A stretch of DNA of 30,316 bases from a virus. Below the pieces are notes generated by a model, which was given only the letters and a program-made list of their open reading frames with translations, was not told the DNA's origin and did no database searches. Shown piece after piece: positions 18,760-28,616 of the stretch. The translations under genes were made by a program, and so were the position numbers. The stretch is from the UHGV virus genome UHGV-0320916; one strand, 5' to 3'. The first letter of the stretch is position 1; every line of letters starts with the position of its first letter.

Positions 18760-18900
18760 CTTATGTGGTTGGGTGATCTGGCTTTTCAGCCACGTAGTCG
18801 AGAGTCGACGTTGTTTAAAGAGCCTGCCAGTCTGTTCCATTTGGCTTCCAGCGTCCTGCTGACGGTTAAATAGTACGATATGTACTTTATGAGATCAATA
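18760..18900. promoter_or_regulatory. Candidate pL/oL region with nutL expected nearby; contains inverted repeats ACAAtttgTTGT and AGTACgatatGTACT that resemble repeats in the cI-cro intergenic region
   Basis: Position upstream of N on the minus strand; palindromes read from sequence; no promoter assignment verified. Confidence 0.35.
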
Positions 18901-19090
18901 CAATTTGTTGTAAGTTGGCGTGGTTTTTTATAACGCTTTGTATTTAATAGTGTTGTTTTTTAGCGTGGATGTATTGCCTCGGCGATGTAAGGAGAGATCA
19001 GAATTGCGTGGTTTAGTGGGTTGCATCTATTTATTTTTCAATAAATACAATTGGTTATGTGTTTTTAGGTGGGGCGATCGTGAGGCAAAG

Positions 19091-19117
19091 AAAACCCGGC
19101 GCTGAGGCCGGGTTTTT
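19091..19117. terminator. Bidirectional intrinsic terminator (aaaa-cccggc-gctgag-gccggg-ttttt) directly after the stop of the 258-aa gene
   Basis: GC stem flanked by A run and T run; analogous position to the lambda terminator after rexB. Confidence 0.7.
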
Positions 19118-19894
19118 CTAGGCTACCAGAGACTCAATCCAAGAGTCTCTGGTATGGAATGGCAACACTCGTGCGGTATCATTAAATAGTAGTGATAGTT
19201 GCTGTAGCTCAGGTGTTAACCCATCGCTGTCAACTATTACAAATCTATTGTTTATGTCAGGAACGACCTGACTTAAGTCAACAATCTTCCCAACTGTTGA
19301 GTGGGCAGTATTCCATCCCTTACTGCTGGCAAGGCTTACCGTAAACCCGCGTTTTGGTGGTATTAGTCGAGACTCATTCCTTAGCGTTAACGGAACAGTA
19401 ATGTTATGCCCACTAATACCTTTCACTTTTTCCTTTAAGGCTAGTCGCTTCCCAAGCCCTGCTGATTTTAAGTAACTGATTACACATTTTTCGAACTTAT
19501 CGTCTTTGACCTCAGCATACCAATCAGCAGTTTGGGCGGATGCAAGAATCCCACCACGAATAACATTTGCAGTTACCTGTCCAACGGACGACTCATCTGC
19601 CCACGCAGATATCTCTCCAGAGTCATTTAATGAAATTCCTTGCGAAGCGAGTGATGACCTGATCAGATCAATTTTCTTTTTAGTCAGGTGGATGCCGCGT
19701 GATTCAATATTCATCAATGTATCGCAGTAGTCTGTAACCCTATACTGACCACTCATCTCTTGAACGAATACACTTATCTGCTCACAATCATCGTAGTATG
19801 TGAAGGGACTAATAACGCGCAGCAACGTGTCGCTCATTGGGTGGCATTCAAACCCGAGCTTAGATATGACTGTTGAACACGTTACATTTCCCAT
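19118..19894 (-). CDS. Hypothetical 258-aa protein, second gene of a two-gene cassette in the rexB position; no recognised domain
   Basis: ORF MGNVTCSTVISKLGFECHPMSDTLLRVISPF...; start overlaps upstream gene by 13 nt; AT-rich relative to flanking lambda genes. Confidence 0.65.
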   Translation of the reverse strand: MGNVTCSTVISKLGFECHPMSDTLLRVISPFTYYDDCEQISVFVQEMSGQYRVTDYCDTLMNIESRGIHLTKKKIDLIRSSLASQGISLNDSGEISAWADESSVGQVTANVIRGGILASAQTADWYAEVKDDKFEKCVISYLKSAGLGKRLALKEKVKGISGHNITVPLTLRNESRLIPPKRGFTVSLASSKGWNTAHSTVGKIVDLSQVVPDINNRFVIVDSDGLTPELQQLSLLFNDTARVLPFHTRDSWIESLVA

Positions 19895-20424
19895 GATAGC
19901 TGACCTGATTTATCTTGATTAGGTAAAGGTGGGCTGCCTTCATATATGATATTAAGCGCCTCGCAAAAATAATTCCAGTAGCCAAAAAAATCATCTGGCT
20001 TGATGTTCGTTTCAAGCTTAAGTGCAATTTCTTCCCCAGCTGATTCGAAGTACATGTGATAGTGAGGACCTCGAGCCACCTCAACAAAATCTGGATGGTT
20101 CACTATAGATTTATTACGGTGTGGCTTGTTATCCGCAGGGTACGGGTCAAGCGCGTAAATGCGCCTGTCATGAAGAAACATCACAAATGAAATCTTCACT
20201 ATATCCACCCCTTCAACGATAGGAGGACGCCAGTGAAGCATAAATCTTATGCCTGTGATTGGGTTGCCAATTTCATCAAAAGCTTTGAGATCCAATTTAA
20301 ACCAGATTGGGGTTCGTCCCTCACTTCCGGTCCATGTAACTCCGCTAAAAGTTACTTTTTTCAAGCGAGTAATAGCTTGGTCAACCTCTTTCTGGGTAGG
20401 CTTAAAGTCGCCTTTTTTAGCCAC
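19882..20424 (-). CDS. Hypothetical 180-aa protein, first gene of a two-gene cassette in the rexA position downstream of cI; no recognised domain
   Basis: ORF MAKKGDFKPTQKEVDQAITRLKKVTFSGVTW...HRNKSIVNHPDFVEVARGPHYHMYF...; 46 bp downstream of cI stop, same strand. Confidence 0.65.
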   Translation of the reverse strand: MAKKGDFKPTQKEVDQAITRLKKVTFSGVTWTGSEGRTPIWFKLDLKAFDEIGNPITGIRFMLHWRPPIVEGVDIVKISFVMFLHDRRIYALDPYPADNKPHRNKSIVNHPDFVEVARGPHYHMYFESAGEEIALKLETNIKPDDFFGYWNYFCEALNIIYEGSPPLPNQDKSGQLSWEM

Positions 20425-20470
20425 TGATTCGTATCACCATGAAAGTTATTGTTAATACCTGTGCTTCTTG

Positions 20471-21130
20471 TCACCCAAACGTCTCTTCAGGCCACTGACT
20501 AGCGATAACTTTCCCCACAACGGAACAACTCTCATTGCATGGGATCATTGGGTATTGTGGGTTTAGTGGCTGTAGAAACACCTGACCGCTATCCCTGATC
20601 AGTTTCTTGAAGGTAAACTCATCACCACCAAGTCTGGCTATACAGAAATCGCCTGGCTCAACAGCCTGCTCAGGGTCAACCAGAATTAACATCCCGTCAG
20701 GAAAGCTGGGCTTGGAACCTGTTGGTGCGGTCATTGAGTTACCTTCAACCTCAAGCCAGAATGCAGAGTCACTGGCTTTTTTGGTTGTGCTTACCAATCT
20801 CTCCGCATCGCCTTTGGTAAAGGTTCTGAGTTCTGGAGAGAACATCCCAGCCTGAACATGAGAAAAAACAGGGTACTCATATTGTTTTTTAACTGGGGCC
20901 GATGAGTATTCGCCAACAGGTGAAAATGTCCCGTCGTGGTTGAATGATATGTTATCAATACCAAGGTATTTAAACACCACACCAATATCACTAAGAGATG
21001 GATGACGAGATCCGCGCAACCAGTGTCCAATCCCACCCTGCGTCATACCTAGCTCTTCGGCTAACTTCTCTTGAGTTATGCCGAGCTCTTTCATTCTGGA
21101 TCTAGCCAGTTCATACCATTTCATTTTCAT
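20471..21130 (-). CDS. cI: CI repressor: lambda-type C-terminal dimerisation/autocleavage domain with a non-lambda N-terminal HTH domain (hetero-immune)
   Basis: C-terminal ...[131 protein letters not shown] matches lambda CI; N-terminal HTH ...[23 protein letters not shown] differs; start codon uncertain (21124-21172). Confidence 0.85.
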   Translation of the reverse strand: MKMKWYELARSRMKELGITQEKLAEELGMTQGGIGHWLRGSRHPSLSDIGVVFKYLGIDNISFNHDGTFSPVGEYSSAPVKKQYEYPVFSHVQAGMFSPELRTFTKGDAERLVSTTKKASDSAFWLEVEGNSMTAPTGSKPSFPDGMLILVDPEQAVEPGDFCIARLGGDEFTFKKLIRDSGQVFLQPLNPQYPMIPCNESCSVVGKVIASQWPEETFG

Positions 21131-21241
21131 GTCCTTATTATTACGCTTTGTACTGGAACCATCCATGCACAATGTGTATTTTTACTTGTATTCGTAAAGT
21201 ACATATTGTATTTTTTTATTCGTGTTTACTATGGAGGGCAT
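21131..21241. promoter_or_regulatory. Immunity-region operator/promoter (oR, divergent pRM/pR) between cI and cro; contains ACAA...TGTA-type inverted repeats
   Basis: Divergent cI/cro arrangement; candidate -35 TTTACT and -10 TATTGT 17 bp apart upstream of the cro RBS GGAGGG. Confidence 0.5.
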
Positions 21242-21457
21242 ATGAGCAACCTACGAAAATATCGAGAGTCACTGAATATCTCTCAAACAACACTTGCTAA
21301 GGCAGTTGGATGCACACAGGGAGCTATCGGACATTGGGAATCTGGTCGTCGCTTCCCAGACCTTAAAACATGCCGTGCTCTTGTTGCGTGCCTAAACAAG
21401 TTAGGCGCAAAAGTCAGTCTTGATGACGTGTTCCCGCCGGAACACAAAGCCGCTTAA
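21242..21457 (+). CDS. cro: Cro-like HTH repressor (not lambda Cro sequence)
   Basis: 71 aa MSNLRKYRESLNISQTTLAKAVGCTQGAIGHWESGRRFPD...; GGAGGG RBS; HTH similar to the cI N-terminal domain. Confidence 0.75.
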   Translation: MSNLRKYRESLNISQTTLAKAVGCTQGAIGHWESGRRFPDLKTCRALVACLNKLGAKVSLDDVFPPEHKAA

Positions 21458-21598
21458 TAAGCGGATCCGCTCTTTGTAACAACGGACATTCGTCCTACGT
21501 CGCTGAAAAGCGAGTTCCAAGATATCTGACCAACTAAGGCCATATGCGTTTCCACGCATACCTTTCAACTAACTATTCACTATTGGAAATCTTAAGAA

Positions 21599-21895
21599 AT
21601 GGAAAGAACAAGTTACAGCAAACTATCACAGCGTGACGTTGATCGCGCAGAAACAGATTTACTTATCAATCTGTCAGCTATTACCCAGCGCGGTCTGGCA
21701 AAGATGATTGGCTGTCATGAATCGAAGATAAGCAGAACGGACTGGAGATTTATTGCTTCGGTCTTGTGTGCTTTCGGAATGGCATCAGACATCAGTCCGA
21801 TTAGCAGGGCTTTTAAGTATGCGCTTGATGGACTCACCAATAAAAAACGCCCGGCGGCAACCGAGCGTTCTGAACAAATCCAGATGGAGTTCTGA
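21599..21895 (+). CDS. cII: CII transcriptional activator (lambda-like C-terminus, divergent N-terminus)
   Basis: ...LTNKKRPAATERSEQIQMEF matches the lambda CII C-terminus. Confidence 0.8.
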   Translation: MERTSYSKLSQRDVDRAETDLLINLSAITQRGLAKMIGCHESKISRTDWRFIASVLCAFGMASDISPISRAFKYALDGLTNKKRPAATERSEQIQMEF

Positions 21896-21927
21896 GGTCA
21901 TTACTGGATCTATCAACAGGAGTCATT

Positions 21928-22827
21928 ATGACAAATACAGCAAAAATACTCAACTTCGGCAGAGGTAACTTTGCCGGACAGGAGCGTAATGTGGCAGATC
22001 TCGATGATGGTTACGCCAGACTATCAAATATGCTGCTTGAGGCTTATTCGGGCGCAGATCTGACCAAGCGACAGTTTAAAGTGCTGCTTGCCATTCTGCG
22101 TAAAACCTATGGGTGGAATAAACCAATGGACAGAATCACCGATTCTCAACTTAGCGAGATTACAAAGTTACCTGTCAAACGGTGCAATGAAGCCAAGTTA
22201 GAACTCGTCAGAATGAATATTATCAAGCAGCAAGGCGGCATGTTTGGACCAAATAAAAACATCTCAGAATGGTGTATCCCTCAAAACGAGGGAAAATCCC
22301 CTAAAACGAGGGATAAAACATCCCTCAAATTGGGGGATTGCTATCCCTCAAAACAGGGGGACACAAAAGACACTATTACAAAAGAAAAAAGAAAAGATTA
22401 TTCGTCCGAGAATTCTGGCGAATCCTCTGACCAGCCAGAAAACGACCTTTCTGTGGTGAAACCGGATGCTGCAATTCAGAGCGGCAGCAAGTGGGGGACA
22501 GCAGAAGACCTGACCGCCGCAGAGTGGATGTTTGACATGGTGAAGACCATCGCGCCATCAGCCAGAAAACCGAATTTTGCAGGGTGGGCTAACGATATCC
22601 GCCTGATGCGTGAACGTGACGGACGTAACCACCGCGACATGTGCGTGCTGTTCCGCTGGGCATGCCAGGACAACTTCTGGTCCGGTAACGTGCTTAGCCC
22701 GGCCAAACTCCGCGACAAGTGGACCCAGCTCGAAATCAACCGTAACAAGCAACAGGCAGTCGTGACAGCCAGCAAACCAAAACTCGACCTGACAAACACA
22801 GACTGGATTTACGGGGTGGATCTATGA
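21928..22827 (+). CDS. O: Replication initiator O
   Basis: 299 aa MTNTAKILNFGRGNFAGQERNVADLDDGYARLSNMLLEAYSG..., matches lambda O. Confidence 0.93.
   Translation: MTNTAKILNFGRGNFAGQERNVADLDDGYARLSNMLLEAYSGADLTKRQFKVLLAILRKTYGWNKPMDRITDSQLSEITKLPVKRCNEAKLELVRMNIIKQQGGMFGPNKNISEWCIPQNEGKSPKTRDKTSLKLGDCYPSKQGDTKDTITKEKRKDYSSENSGESSDQPENDLSVVKPDAAIQSGSKWGTAEDLTAAEWMFDMVKTIAPSARKPNFAGWANDIRLMRERDGRNHRDMCVLFRWACQDNFWSGNVLSPAKLRDKWTQLEINRNKQQAVVTASKPKLDLTNTDWIYGVDL
22277..22400. promoter_or_regulatory. Replication origin inside O: four ~18-bp iterons (tccctcaaaacgaggga-type) followed by an A-rich tract
   Basis: Iterons at ~22277, 22297, 22321 and 22344, then acacaaaagacactattacaaaagaaaaaagaaaag. 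Confidence 0.85.
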
Positions 22828-23525
22828 AAAACATCGCCGCACAGATGGTTAACTTTGACCGTGAGCAGATGCGTCGGATCGCCAACAACATGCCGGAACA
22901 GTACGACGAAAAGCCGCAGGTACAGCAGGTAGCGCAGATCATCAACGGTGTGTTCAGCCAGTTACTGGCAACTTTCCCGGCGAGTCTGGCTAACCGTGAC
23001 CAGAACGAACTGAACGAAATCCGCCGCCAGTGGGTTCTGGCTTTCCGGGAAAACGGGATCACCACAATGGAACAGGTTAACGCAGGAATGCGCGTAGCCC
23101 GTCGGCAGAATCGACCATTTCTGCCATCACCCGGGCAGTTTGTTGCATGGTGCCGGGAAGAAGCATCCGTTATCGCCGGACTGCCAAACGTCAGCGAGCT
23201 GGTTGATATGGTTTACGAGTATTGCCGGAAGCGAGGCCTGTATCCGGATGCGGAGTCTTATCCGTGGAAATCAAACGCGCACTACTGGCTGGTTACCAAC
23301 CTGTATCAGAACATGCGGGCCAATGCGCTTACTGATGCGGAATTACGGCGCAAGGCTGCCGATGAACTGACCTGTATGACAGCGCGAATTAACCGTGGTG
23401 AGACGATACCTGAACCAGTAAAACAACTTCCTGTTATGGGCGGTAGACCTCTAAATCGTGCACAGGCTCTGGCGAAGATCGCAGAAATTAAAGCTAAGTT
23501 CGGACTGAAAGGAGCAAGTGTATGA
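22824..23525 (+). CDS. P: Replication protein P (DnaB helicase loader)
   Basis: 233 aa MKNIAAQMVNFDREQMRRIANNMPEQYDEKPQVQQVAQIINGVF..., matches lambda P; overlaps O stop. Confidence 0.93.
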   Translation: MKNIAAQMVNFDREQMRRIANNMPEQYDEKPQVQQVAQIINGVFSQLLATFPASLANRDQNELNEIRRQWVLAFRENGITTMEQVNAGMRVARRQNRPFLPSPGQFVAWCREEASVIAGLPNVSELVDMVYEYCRKRGLYPDAESYPWKSNAHYWLVTNLYQNMRANALTDAELRRKAADELTCMTARINRGETIPEPVKQLPVMGGRPLNRAQALAKIAEIKAKFGLKGASV

Positions 23526-23811
23526 CGGGCAAGAGGCAATTATTCATTACCTGGGGACGCATAATAGCTTCTGTGCGCCGGACGTTGCCGCGCTAACAGG
23601 CGCAACAGTAACCAGCATAAATCAGGCCGCGGCTAAAATGGCACGGGCAGGTCTTCTGGTTATCGAAGGTAAGGTCTGGCGAACGGTGTATTACCGGTTT
23701 GCTACCAGGGAAGAACGGGAAGGAAAGATGAGCACGAACCTGATTTTTAAGGAGTGTCGCCAGAGTGCCGCGATGAAACGGGTATTGGCGGTATATGGAG
23801 TTAAAAGATGA
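23518..23811 (+). CDS. ren: Ren protein
   Basis: ...AIIHYLGTHNSFCAPDVAALTGATVTSINQAAAKMARAGLLVIEGKVWRTVYYRFATREEREGKMSTNL..., matches lambda Ren. Confidence 0.85.
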   Translation: MYDGQEAIIHYLGTHNSFCAPDVAALTGATVTSINQAAAKMARAGLLVIEGKVWRTVYYRFATREEREGKMSTNLIFKECRQSAAMKRVLAVYGVKR

Positions 23812-23884
23812 CCATCTACATTACTGAGCTAATAACAGGCCTGCTGGTAATCGCAGGCCTTTTTATTTGGGGGAGAGGGAAGTC

Positions 23885-24325
23885 ATGAAAAAACTAACCT
23901 TTGAAATTCGATCTCCAGCACATCAGCAAAACGCTATTCACGCAGTACAGCAAATCCTTCCAGACCCAACCAAACCAATCGTAGTAACCATTCAGGAACG
24001 CAACCGCAGCTTAGACCAAAACAGGAAGCTATGGGCCTGCTTAGGTGACGTCTCTCGTCAGGTTGAATGGCATGGTCGCTGGCTGGATGCAGAAAGCTGG
24101 AAGTGTGTGTTTACCGCAGCATTAAAGCAGCAGGATGTTGTTCCTAACCTTGCCGGGAATGGCTTTGTGGTAATAGGCCAGTCAACCAGCAGGATGCGTG
24201 TAGGCGAATTTGCGGAGCTATTAGAGCTTATACAGGCATTCGGTACAGAGCGTGGCGTTAAGTGGTCAGACGAAGCGAGACTGGCTCTGGAGTGGAAAGC
24301 GAGATGGGGAGATCGGGCTGCATGA
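23885..24325 (+). CDS. ninB: NinB recombination protein
   Basis: MKKLTFEIRSPAHQQNAIHAVQQILPDPTKPIVVTIQERNRSLDQNRKLWACLGDV..., matches lambda NinB. Confidence 0.88.
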   Translation: MKKLTFEIRSPAHQQNAIHAVQQILPDPTKPIVVTIQERNRSLDQNRKLWACLGDVSRQVEWHGRWLDAESWKCVFTAALKQQDVVPNLAGNGFVVIGQSTSRMRVGEFAELLELIQAFGTERGVKWSDEARLALEWKARWGDRAA

Positions 24326-24849
24326 CTATCAAATCAAATACGCCAGCACACGACAAGGACTGCTGGCAAACGCCGCTTTGGCTTTTTGATGCACTGGATA
24401 TTGAGTTTGGATTCTGGCTGGATTCGGCAGCGAGCGACAAAAATGCTCTGTGTGCTCACTGGCTAACTGAGGCCGACGACGCGCTCAATTCTGAGTGGGT
24501 AAGCCACGGTGCAATCTGGAATAACCCACCGTACAGCAATATCAGGCCGTGGGTGGAAAAAGCCGCTGAGCAGTGCATACAACAGCGACAGACGGTAGTG
24601 ATGCTTGTGCCAGAGGATATGTCAGTCGGATGGTTCAGCAAGGCTCTGGAGAGTGTCGACGAAGTTCGCATTATCACTGATGGACGGATTAATTTTATCG
24701 AACCATCGACGGGGCTGGAGAAGAATGGAAACAGCAAAGGCTCCATGCTGCTGATTTGGCGACCGTTCATCAGTCCTCGACGGATGTTTACTACCGTATC
24801 CAAAGCGGCATTGATGGCGATCGGGCAGGGCGTCAGGAGGGCTGCATGA
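24322..24849 (+). CDS. Phage-type DNA N6-adenine methyltransferase (Dam-like)
   Basis: [31 protein letters not shown]...; NPPY catalytic motif ([10 protein letters not shown]); ATGA overlap with ninB stop. Confidence 0.8.
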   Translation: MTIKSNTPAHDKDCWQTPLWLFDALDIEFGFWLDSAASDKNALCAHWLTEADDALNSEWVSHGAIWNNPPYSNIRPWVEKAAEQCIQQRQTVVMLVPEDMSVGWFSKALESVDEVRIITDGRINFIEPSTGLEKNGNSKGSMLLIWRPFISPRRMFTTVSKAALMAIGQGVRRAA

Positions 24850-25022
24850 GACGACAGCGACGAAGCATCACCGACATAATCTGCGAAAACTGCAAATACC
24901 TTCCAACGAAATGCTCCAGAAATAAACGCAAGCTAATCCCAAAAGAATCTGACGTAAAAACCTTCAATTACACAGCCCACCTGTGGGATATCCGGTGGCT
25001 AAGATATCGTGCGAGGAAATGA
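24846..25022 (+). CDS. ninE: NinE
   Basis: [58 protein letters not shown]; ATGA overlap with the methyltransferase stop. Confidence 0.7.
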   Translation: MRRQRRSITDIICENCKYLPTKCSRNKRKLIPKESDVKTFNYTAHLWDIRWLRYRARK

Positions 25023-25366
25023 CAATGGATTATTCACAGTTAAGTGATTTTGAAATTAACAGAATGGTAGGAGACATAATTTTTAAAGGCCTTTGGGCAA
25101 GTAAACCGGAAACATCAGGGAATAACACCAACAAATGGTATTACGGAAATGCTGATACAACTTTTGAGCCATTAAATCATTTGCCTGACTACTGCAATGA
25201 TCCGAGCGCTTCATGGCCGATTATTGAGAAATACAGGATTTCTATCTTAGACCAGTTAACTGAATGGTGTGTGGATGCAAAAGGCGTAAGCCCAATATTT
25301 GATACCAGACCTCTCCGCGCCGCCATGATTGTCTTTCTCCTGATGCAGGAGGCCAATAATGCTTAG
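25019..25366 (+). CDS. Hypothetical nin-region protein (115 aa)
   Basis: [76 protein letters not shown]...; ATGA overlap with ninE stop. Confidence 0.55.
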   Translation: MTMDYSQLSDFEINRMVGDIIFKGLWASKPETSGNNTNKWYYGNADTTFEPLNHLPDYCNDPSASWPIIEKYRISILDQLTEWCVDAKGVSPIFDTRPLRAAMIVFLLMQEANNA

Positions 25367-25553
25367 CCCATCTCAATCCCTTCAATACCTGAAAGAAAGC
25401 ATAGAGCGGGCTTCAATGTGCACAGAGTGGATTCTATCTAGGTTTAGCGCATACAGAAGATTGCCGGTAAAGGGCATGCCAAGCAAGTCGATGCTGCATA
25501 TGCAAAAGAATGCGCGCTGGAAGGTATGGCGAGAACACAGGTTATGTGGCTAA
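25359..25553 (+). CDS. Hypothetical nin-region protein (64 aa)
   Basis: ORF overlapping the previous stop; [29 protein letters not shown]... Confidence 0.4.
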   Translation: MLSPSQSLQYLKESIERASMCTEWILSRFSAYRRLPVKGMPSKSMLHMQKNARWKVWREHRLCG

Positions 25554-25572
25554 AAGAGGGGGTTATTAAGGC

Positions 25573-25935
25573 GTGAATACCTACAGCATCACATTACCCT
25601 GGCCTCCGAGCAATAATCGCTATTACCGCCATAATCGCGGGCGCACGCACGTCAGCGCAGAGGGGCAGGCATACCGCGATAACGTCGCCCGAATCATTAA
25701 AAACGCAATGCTGGATATCGGCCTGGCTATGCCTGTGAAAATCCGCATTGAGTGCCACATGCCGGATCGCCGTCGCCGTGACCTGGATAATCTGCAAAAA
25801 GCCGCTTTTGACGCACTCACTAAAGCAGGTTTCTGGCTGGATGATGCTCAGGTCGTTGATTACCGCGTTGTGAAGATGCCTGTTACCAAAGGTGGGAGGC
25901 TGGAACTGACCATCACCGAAATGGGGAATGAATGA
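25573..25935 (+). CDS. rusA: RusA Holliday-junction resolvase (GTG start)
   Basis: 120 aa [45 protein letters not shown]..., matches E. coli DLP12 RusA. Confidence 0.92.
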   Translation: MNTYSITLPWPPSNNRYYRHNRGRTHVSAEGQAYRDNVARIIKNAMLDIGLAMPVKIRIECHMPDRRRRDLDNLQKAAFDALTKAGFWLDDAQVVDYRVVKMPVTKGGRLELTITEMGNE

Positions 25936-26072
25936 TGTTTGAGTTTAATATGGCAGAACTTCTTCGCCACCGCTGGGGGCGTCTGCGCTTATATCGTTTC
26001 CCCGGTTCTGTTTTGACCGATTACCGAATACTGAAGAATTACGCCAAAACCCTGACAGGAACAGGAGTATGA
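25932..26072 (+). CDS. ylcG: YlcG-like small protein (46 aa)
   Basis: [46 protein letters not shown]; ATGA overlap with rusA stop; not in ORF track (short). Confidence 0.7.
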   Translation: MMFEFNMAELLRHRWGRLRLYRFPGSVLTDYRILKNYAKTLTGTGV

Positions 26073-26157
26073 AGTCAGAGATAACAATCAACTAATACTG
26101 TTTTGTTGATTTTTGCTTGTAATTGGCGTTCTGGTCTGATTTTTGTGGAGTAAGTTG

Positions 26158-26541
26158 ATGCGTGATATTCAGATGGTTCTTGAGCGTTGGGGTGCGTGGG
26201 CGGCTAATAATCATGAAGATGTGACCTGGTCGTCCATTGCCGCCGGTTTTAAGGGATTAATTCCTTCAAAAGTAAAATCTCGCCCGCAATGTTGTGACGA
26301 TGACGCGATGATCATTTGCGGGTGCATGGCCCGTCTGAAAAAGAACAACAGCGATTTACACGATTTATTAGTAGATTATTATGTATGTGGTATGACATTC
26401 ATGTCACTGGCAAGTAAGCATTGCTGCTCGGATGGTTATATCGGGAAAAGGTTACAGAAGGCTGAGGGCATAATTGAAGGGATGTTAATGGCATTAGATA
26501 TCCGGTTAGATATGGATATCGTTGCTAATAATTCTAATTGA
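26158..26541 (+). CDS. quuD: Late-gene antiterminator Q (DLP12 QuuD type)
   Basis: [60 protein letters not shown]...; ORF track begins at 26143. Confidence 0.85.
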   Translation: MRDIQMVLERWGAWAANNHEDVTWSSIAAGFKGLIPSKVKSRPQCCDDDAMIICGCMARLKKNNSDLHDLLVDYYVCGMTFMSLASKHCCSDGYIGKRLQKAEGIIEGMLMALDIRLDMDIVANNSN

Positions 26542-26562
26542 TATGCAATTGTTTACTAAAAG

Positions 26563-26590
26563 TTATTAAAAATGGGGCGTGGAAACGCCC
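26563..26590 (-). terminator. Hairpin ggggcg-tggaaa-cgcccc followed on the minus strand by a U run; candidate nmpC terminator
   Basis: Minus-strand read ggggcguuuccacgcccc auuuuuaau. Confidence 0.45.
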
Positions 26591-26678
26591 CCAAAATAAA
26601 GGGTAATATATAACAGAAGGTTTATATAGTAAGAAGCAAGGTAGTGCTTCTAAAGGAAGTGGCTTGAGGGCTCCACTT

Positions 26679-26720
26679 ATATGTTGCGGAGGCAAAGCCT
26701 CCCGCAACATATCTTTTTCG
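26679..26720 (+). terminator. Strong hairpin plus T run ~180 nt downstream of Q: candidate tR' of the short pR' transcript
   Basis: atatgttgcggagg-caaag-cctcccgcaacatat followed by ctttttcg. Confidence 0.5.
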
Positions 26721-26729
26721 TAAGTCAGA

Positions 26730-27812
26730 TTAGAACTGATAAACCAGACCTACAGCGACGATGTCGTCGGTATCAATACCAGCTGTTTTGGTAAACTTAC
26801 TATCGTCAATTAAGTTGATTTTGTAATCAACAAAAGTAGACATGTTTTTATTAAAGTAGTAAGTAGCACCGACATCGACATACTTGACTAAGTCTCGGTC
26901 ACCATGAACACCAAGGTCTTTACCTTTTGACTGAAGGTAAGCAACAGATGGGCGCAGACCGAAGTCAAACTGATATTGTGCTACTGCTTCAAAGTTTTGT
27001 GCTTTGTTTGCAATATGGTTATTACCAAAAACGGTCATATTCTGAGTTTCAGAATATGTGGTAGCCAGATAGATATTGTTCGCATCATATTTCAGGCCTG
27101 CAGCCCATACTTCCGCATTTTTGCCGGAGGCATTGAATTTGCTCTTACCATAGGCGACCTGACCGTCAGTGCGATCTGATTTAGCATAGGTTGCACCCAC
27201 GCCGAATCCTTCATACTCATAAGTAGTGGAGAAACCGAAACCATCACCATTGGCTTCAGTTACGTCAGTGCGGTCATTTTTACCCTGATACTGAGCAGCA
27301 AAGTTCAGGCCATCGACCAGACCAAAGAAGTCGTTGTTACGATAAGTTGCAACACCAGTAGTGCGACCAGTCATGAACACATCTGTTTGGGTCCAGGTAT
27401 CACCACCGAATTCTGGCAGAACGTCAGTCCACGCACCGATGTCGTATGCTACACCGTAGTTACGGCCGTAATCGATTGAGCCGTAATCACCAAATTTCAG
27501 GCCTGCAAATGCAAGACGGGTTTTGTCTTTGGAAGAACCTTGAGATTCAGCACGGTTGCCTTTGAATTCATATTCCCACTGACCGAAACCAGTCAGTTGA
27601 TCGTTGATTTGGGTTTCACCTTTGAAGCCAAGACGGGCATAAGTAGTATCACCATCATCTGCATCATTAGAGGAGAAGTAGTGCTTGGCATTAACTTTCC
27701 CGTATAGATCCAGCTTGTTACTGTCTTTATTATAAATTTCAGCTGCCTGAGCAGACATCGCCATCAGTACTGATGCAGCTACAGCAGAAATTGCCACTGT
27801 TAATTTTTTCAT
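26730..27812 (-). CDS. nmpC: General porin NmpC/OmpD family, intact; antisense to late transcription between Q and the lysis genes
   Basis: [40 protein letters not shown]...VGLVYQF; typical OmpC/OmpF-family porin with C-terminal Phe. Confidence 0.9.
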   Translation of the reverse strand: MKKLTVAISAVAASVLMAMSAQAAEIYNKDSNKLDLYGKVNAKHYFSSNDADDGDTTYARLGFKGETQINDQLTGFGQWEYEFKGNRAESQGSSKDKTRLAFAGLKFGDYGSIDYGRNYGVAYDIGAWTDVLPEFGGDTWTQTDVFMTGRTTGVATYRNNDFFGLVDGLNFAAQYQGKNDRTDVTEANGDGFGFSTTYEYEGFGVGATYAKSDRTDGQVAYGKSKFNASGKNAEVWAAGLKYDANNIYLATTYSETQNMTVFGNNHIANKAQNFEAVAQYQFDFGLRPSVAYLQSKGKDLGVHGDRDLVKYVDVGATYYFNKNMSTFVDYKINLIDDSKFTKTAGIDTDDIVAVGLVYQF

Positions 27813-28400
27813 TGTACGCCCTTTTTTTGAACTATTATTAAAAAATGATGTCACTGCGCGATAAATATTCATCTAATCAATGTGATTATTTCAAGATGTA
27901 AGTTTTAGTTTCTCATTTAATTTGTGAAGTAGATCTCTATTTTTATCTGAACCTTTTCTATCTAATCCTATTCATGGCTCTTGTCTGAACAAAAATAAAT
28001 CTATTAGCTAATTTATATTAATGGCACTTATTTATAAGCGCTCTATAATTCTTTAGCTTAATTTAAACAAACTAAAAATAACATCGGAAATTATTAACTG
28101 ATTATTTGTTGAGGTTTTCTTATGTATTTGTGGTGGTGTTTTGAACACTCGGTGGCATTCTCACAAATATCATTTAGTAGTTTACGTACGTAAAAAATTG
28201 GTTATGCTGTTAAGAGTGGTTACTTCGTCACACAGCTTAAACCCGCCGTCGAGCGGGTTTTTCCATTTTTTGAGTCTCGATATTAGCTGATAACCCAATA
28301 CCTGAGTTATTCACTGACTCCGAATCTGTTACGTTTCTGCCTTTATTGCGATACGTAGTATCCCCTTAATTTACACCCGCTTTGTCTGCGAGGTGGGGTT

Positions 28401-28616
28401 ATGAAATCCATGGATAAGTTAACAACGGGTGTCGCCTATGGCACCTCAGCAGGTAGTGCCGGTTACTGGTTTTTACAGCTGCTCGATAAAGTCACGCCCT
28501 CACAGTGGGCAGCAATAGGTGTGCTGGGTAGCCTGGTATTTGGCCTGCTGACGTACCTGACAAACCTTTATTTCAAGATTAAAGAAGATAAGCGCAAGGC
28601 TGCGAGAGGTGAATAA
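28401..28616 (+). CDS. essD: Class II holin (phage 21 S / pinholin type, dual-start MKSM)
   Basis: [71 protein letters not shown]. Confidence 0.9.

Noticed and set aside
18794-18808. Palindrome gtcga-gag-tcgac as a possible N-utilisation boxB
   Set aside because: Loop and stem do not match the lambda boxB pattern as I remember it, and I cannot verify a phage 21-type boxB without alignment; kept only as part of the general pL/nutL candidate region.
22244-22459. ORF encoding QNGVSLKTRENPLKRGIKHPSNWG overlapping O
   Set aside because: Arises from the origin iterons read in another frame within the O gene.
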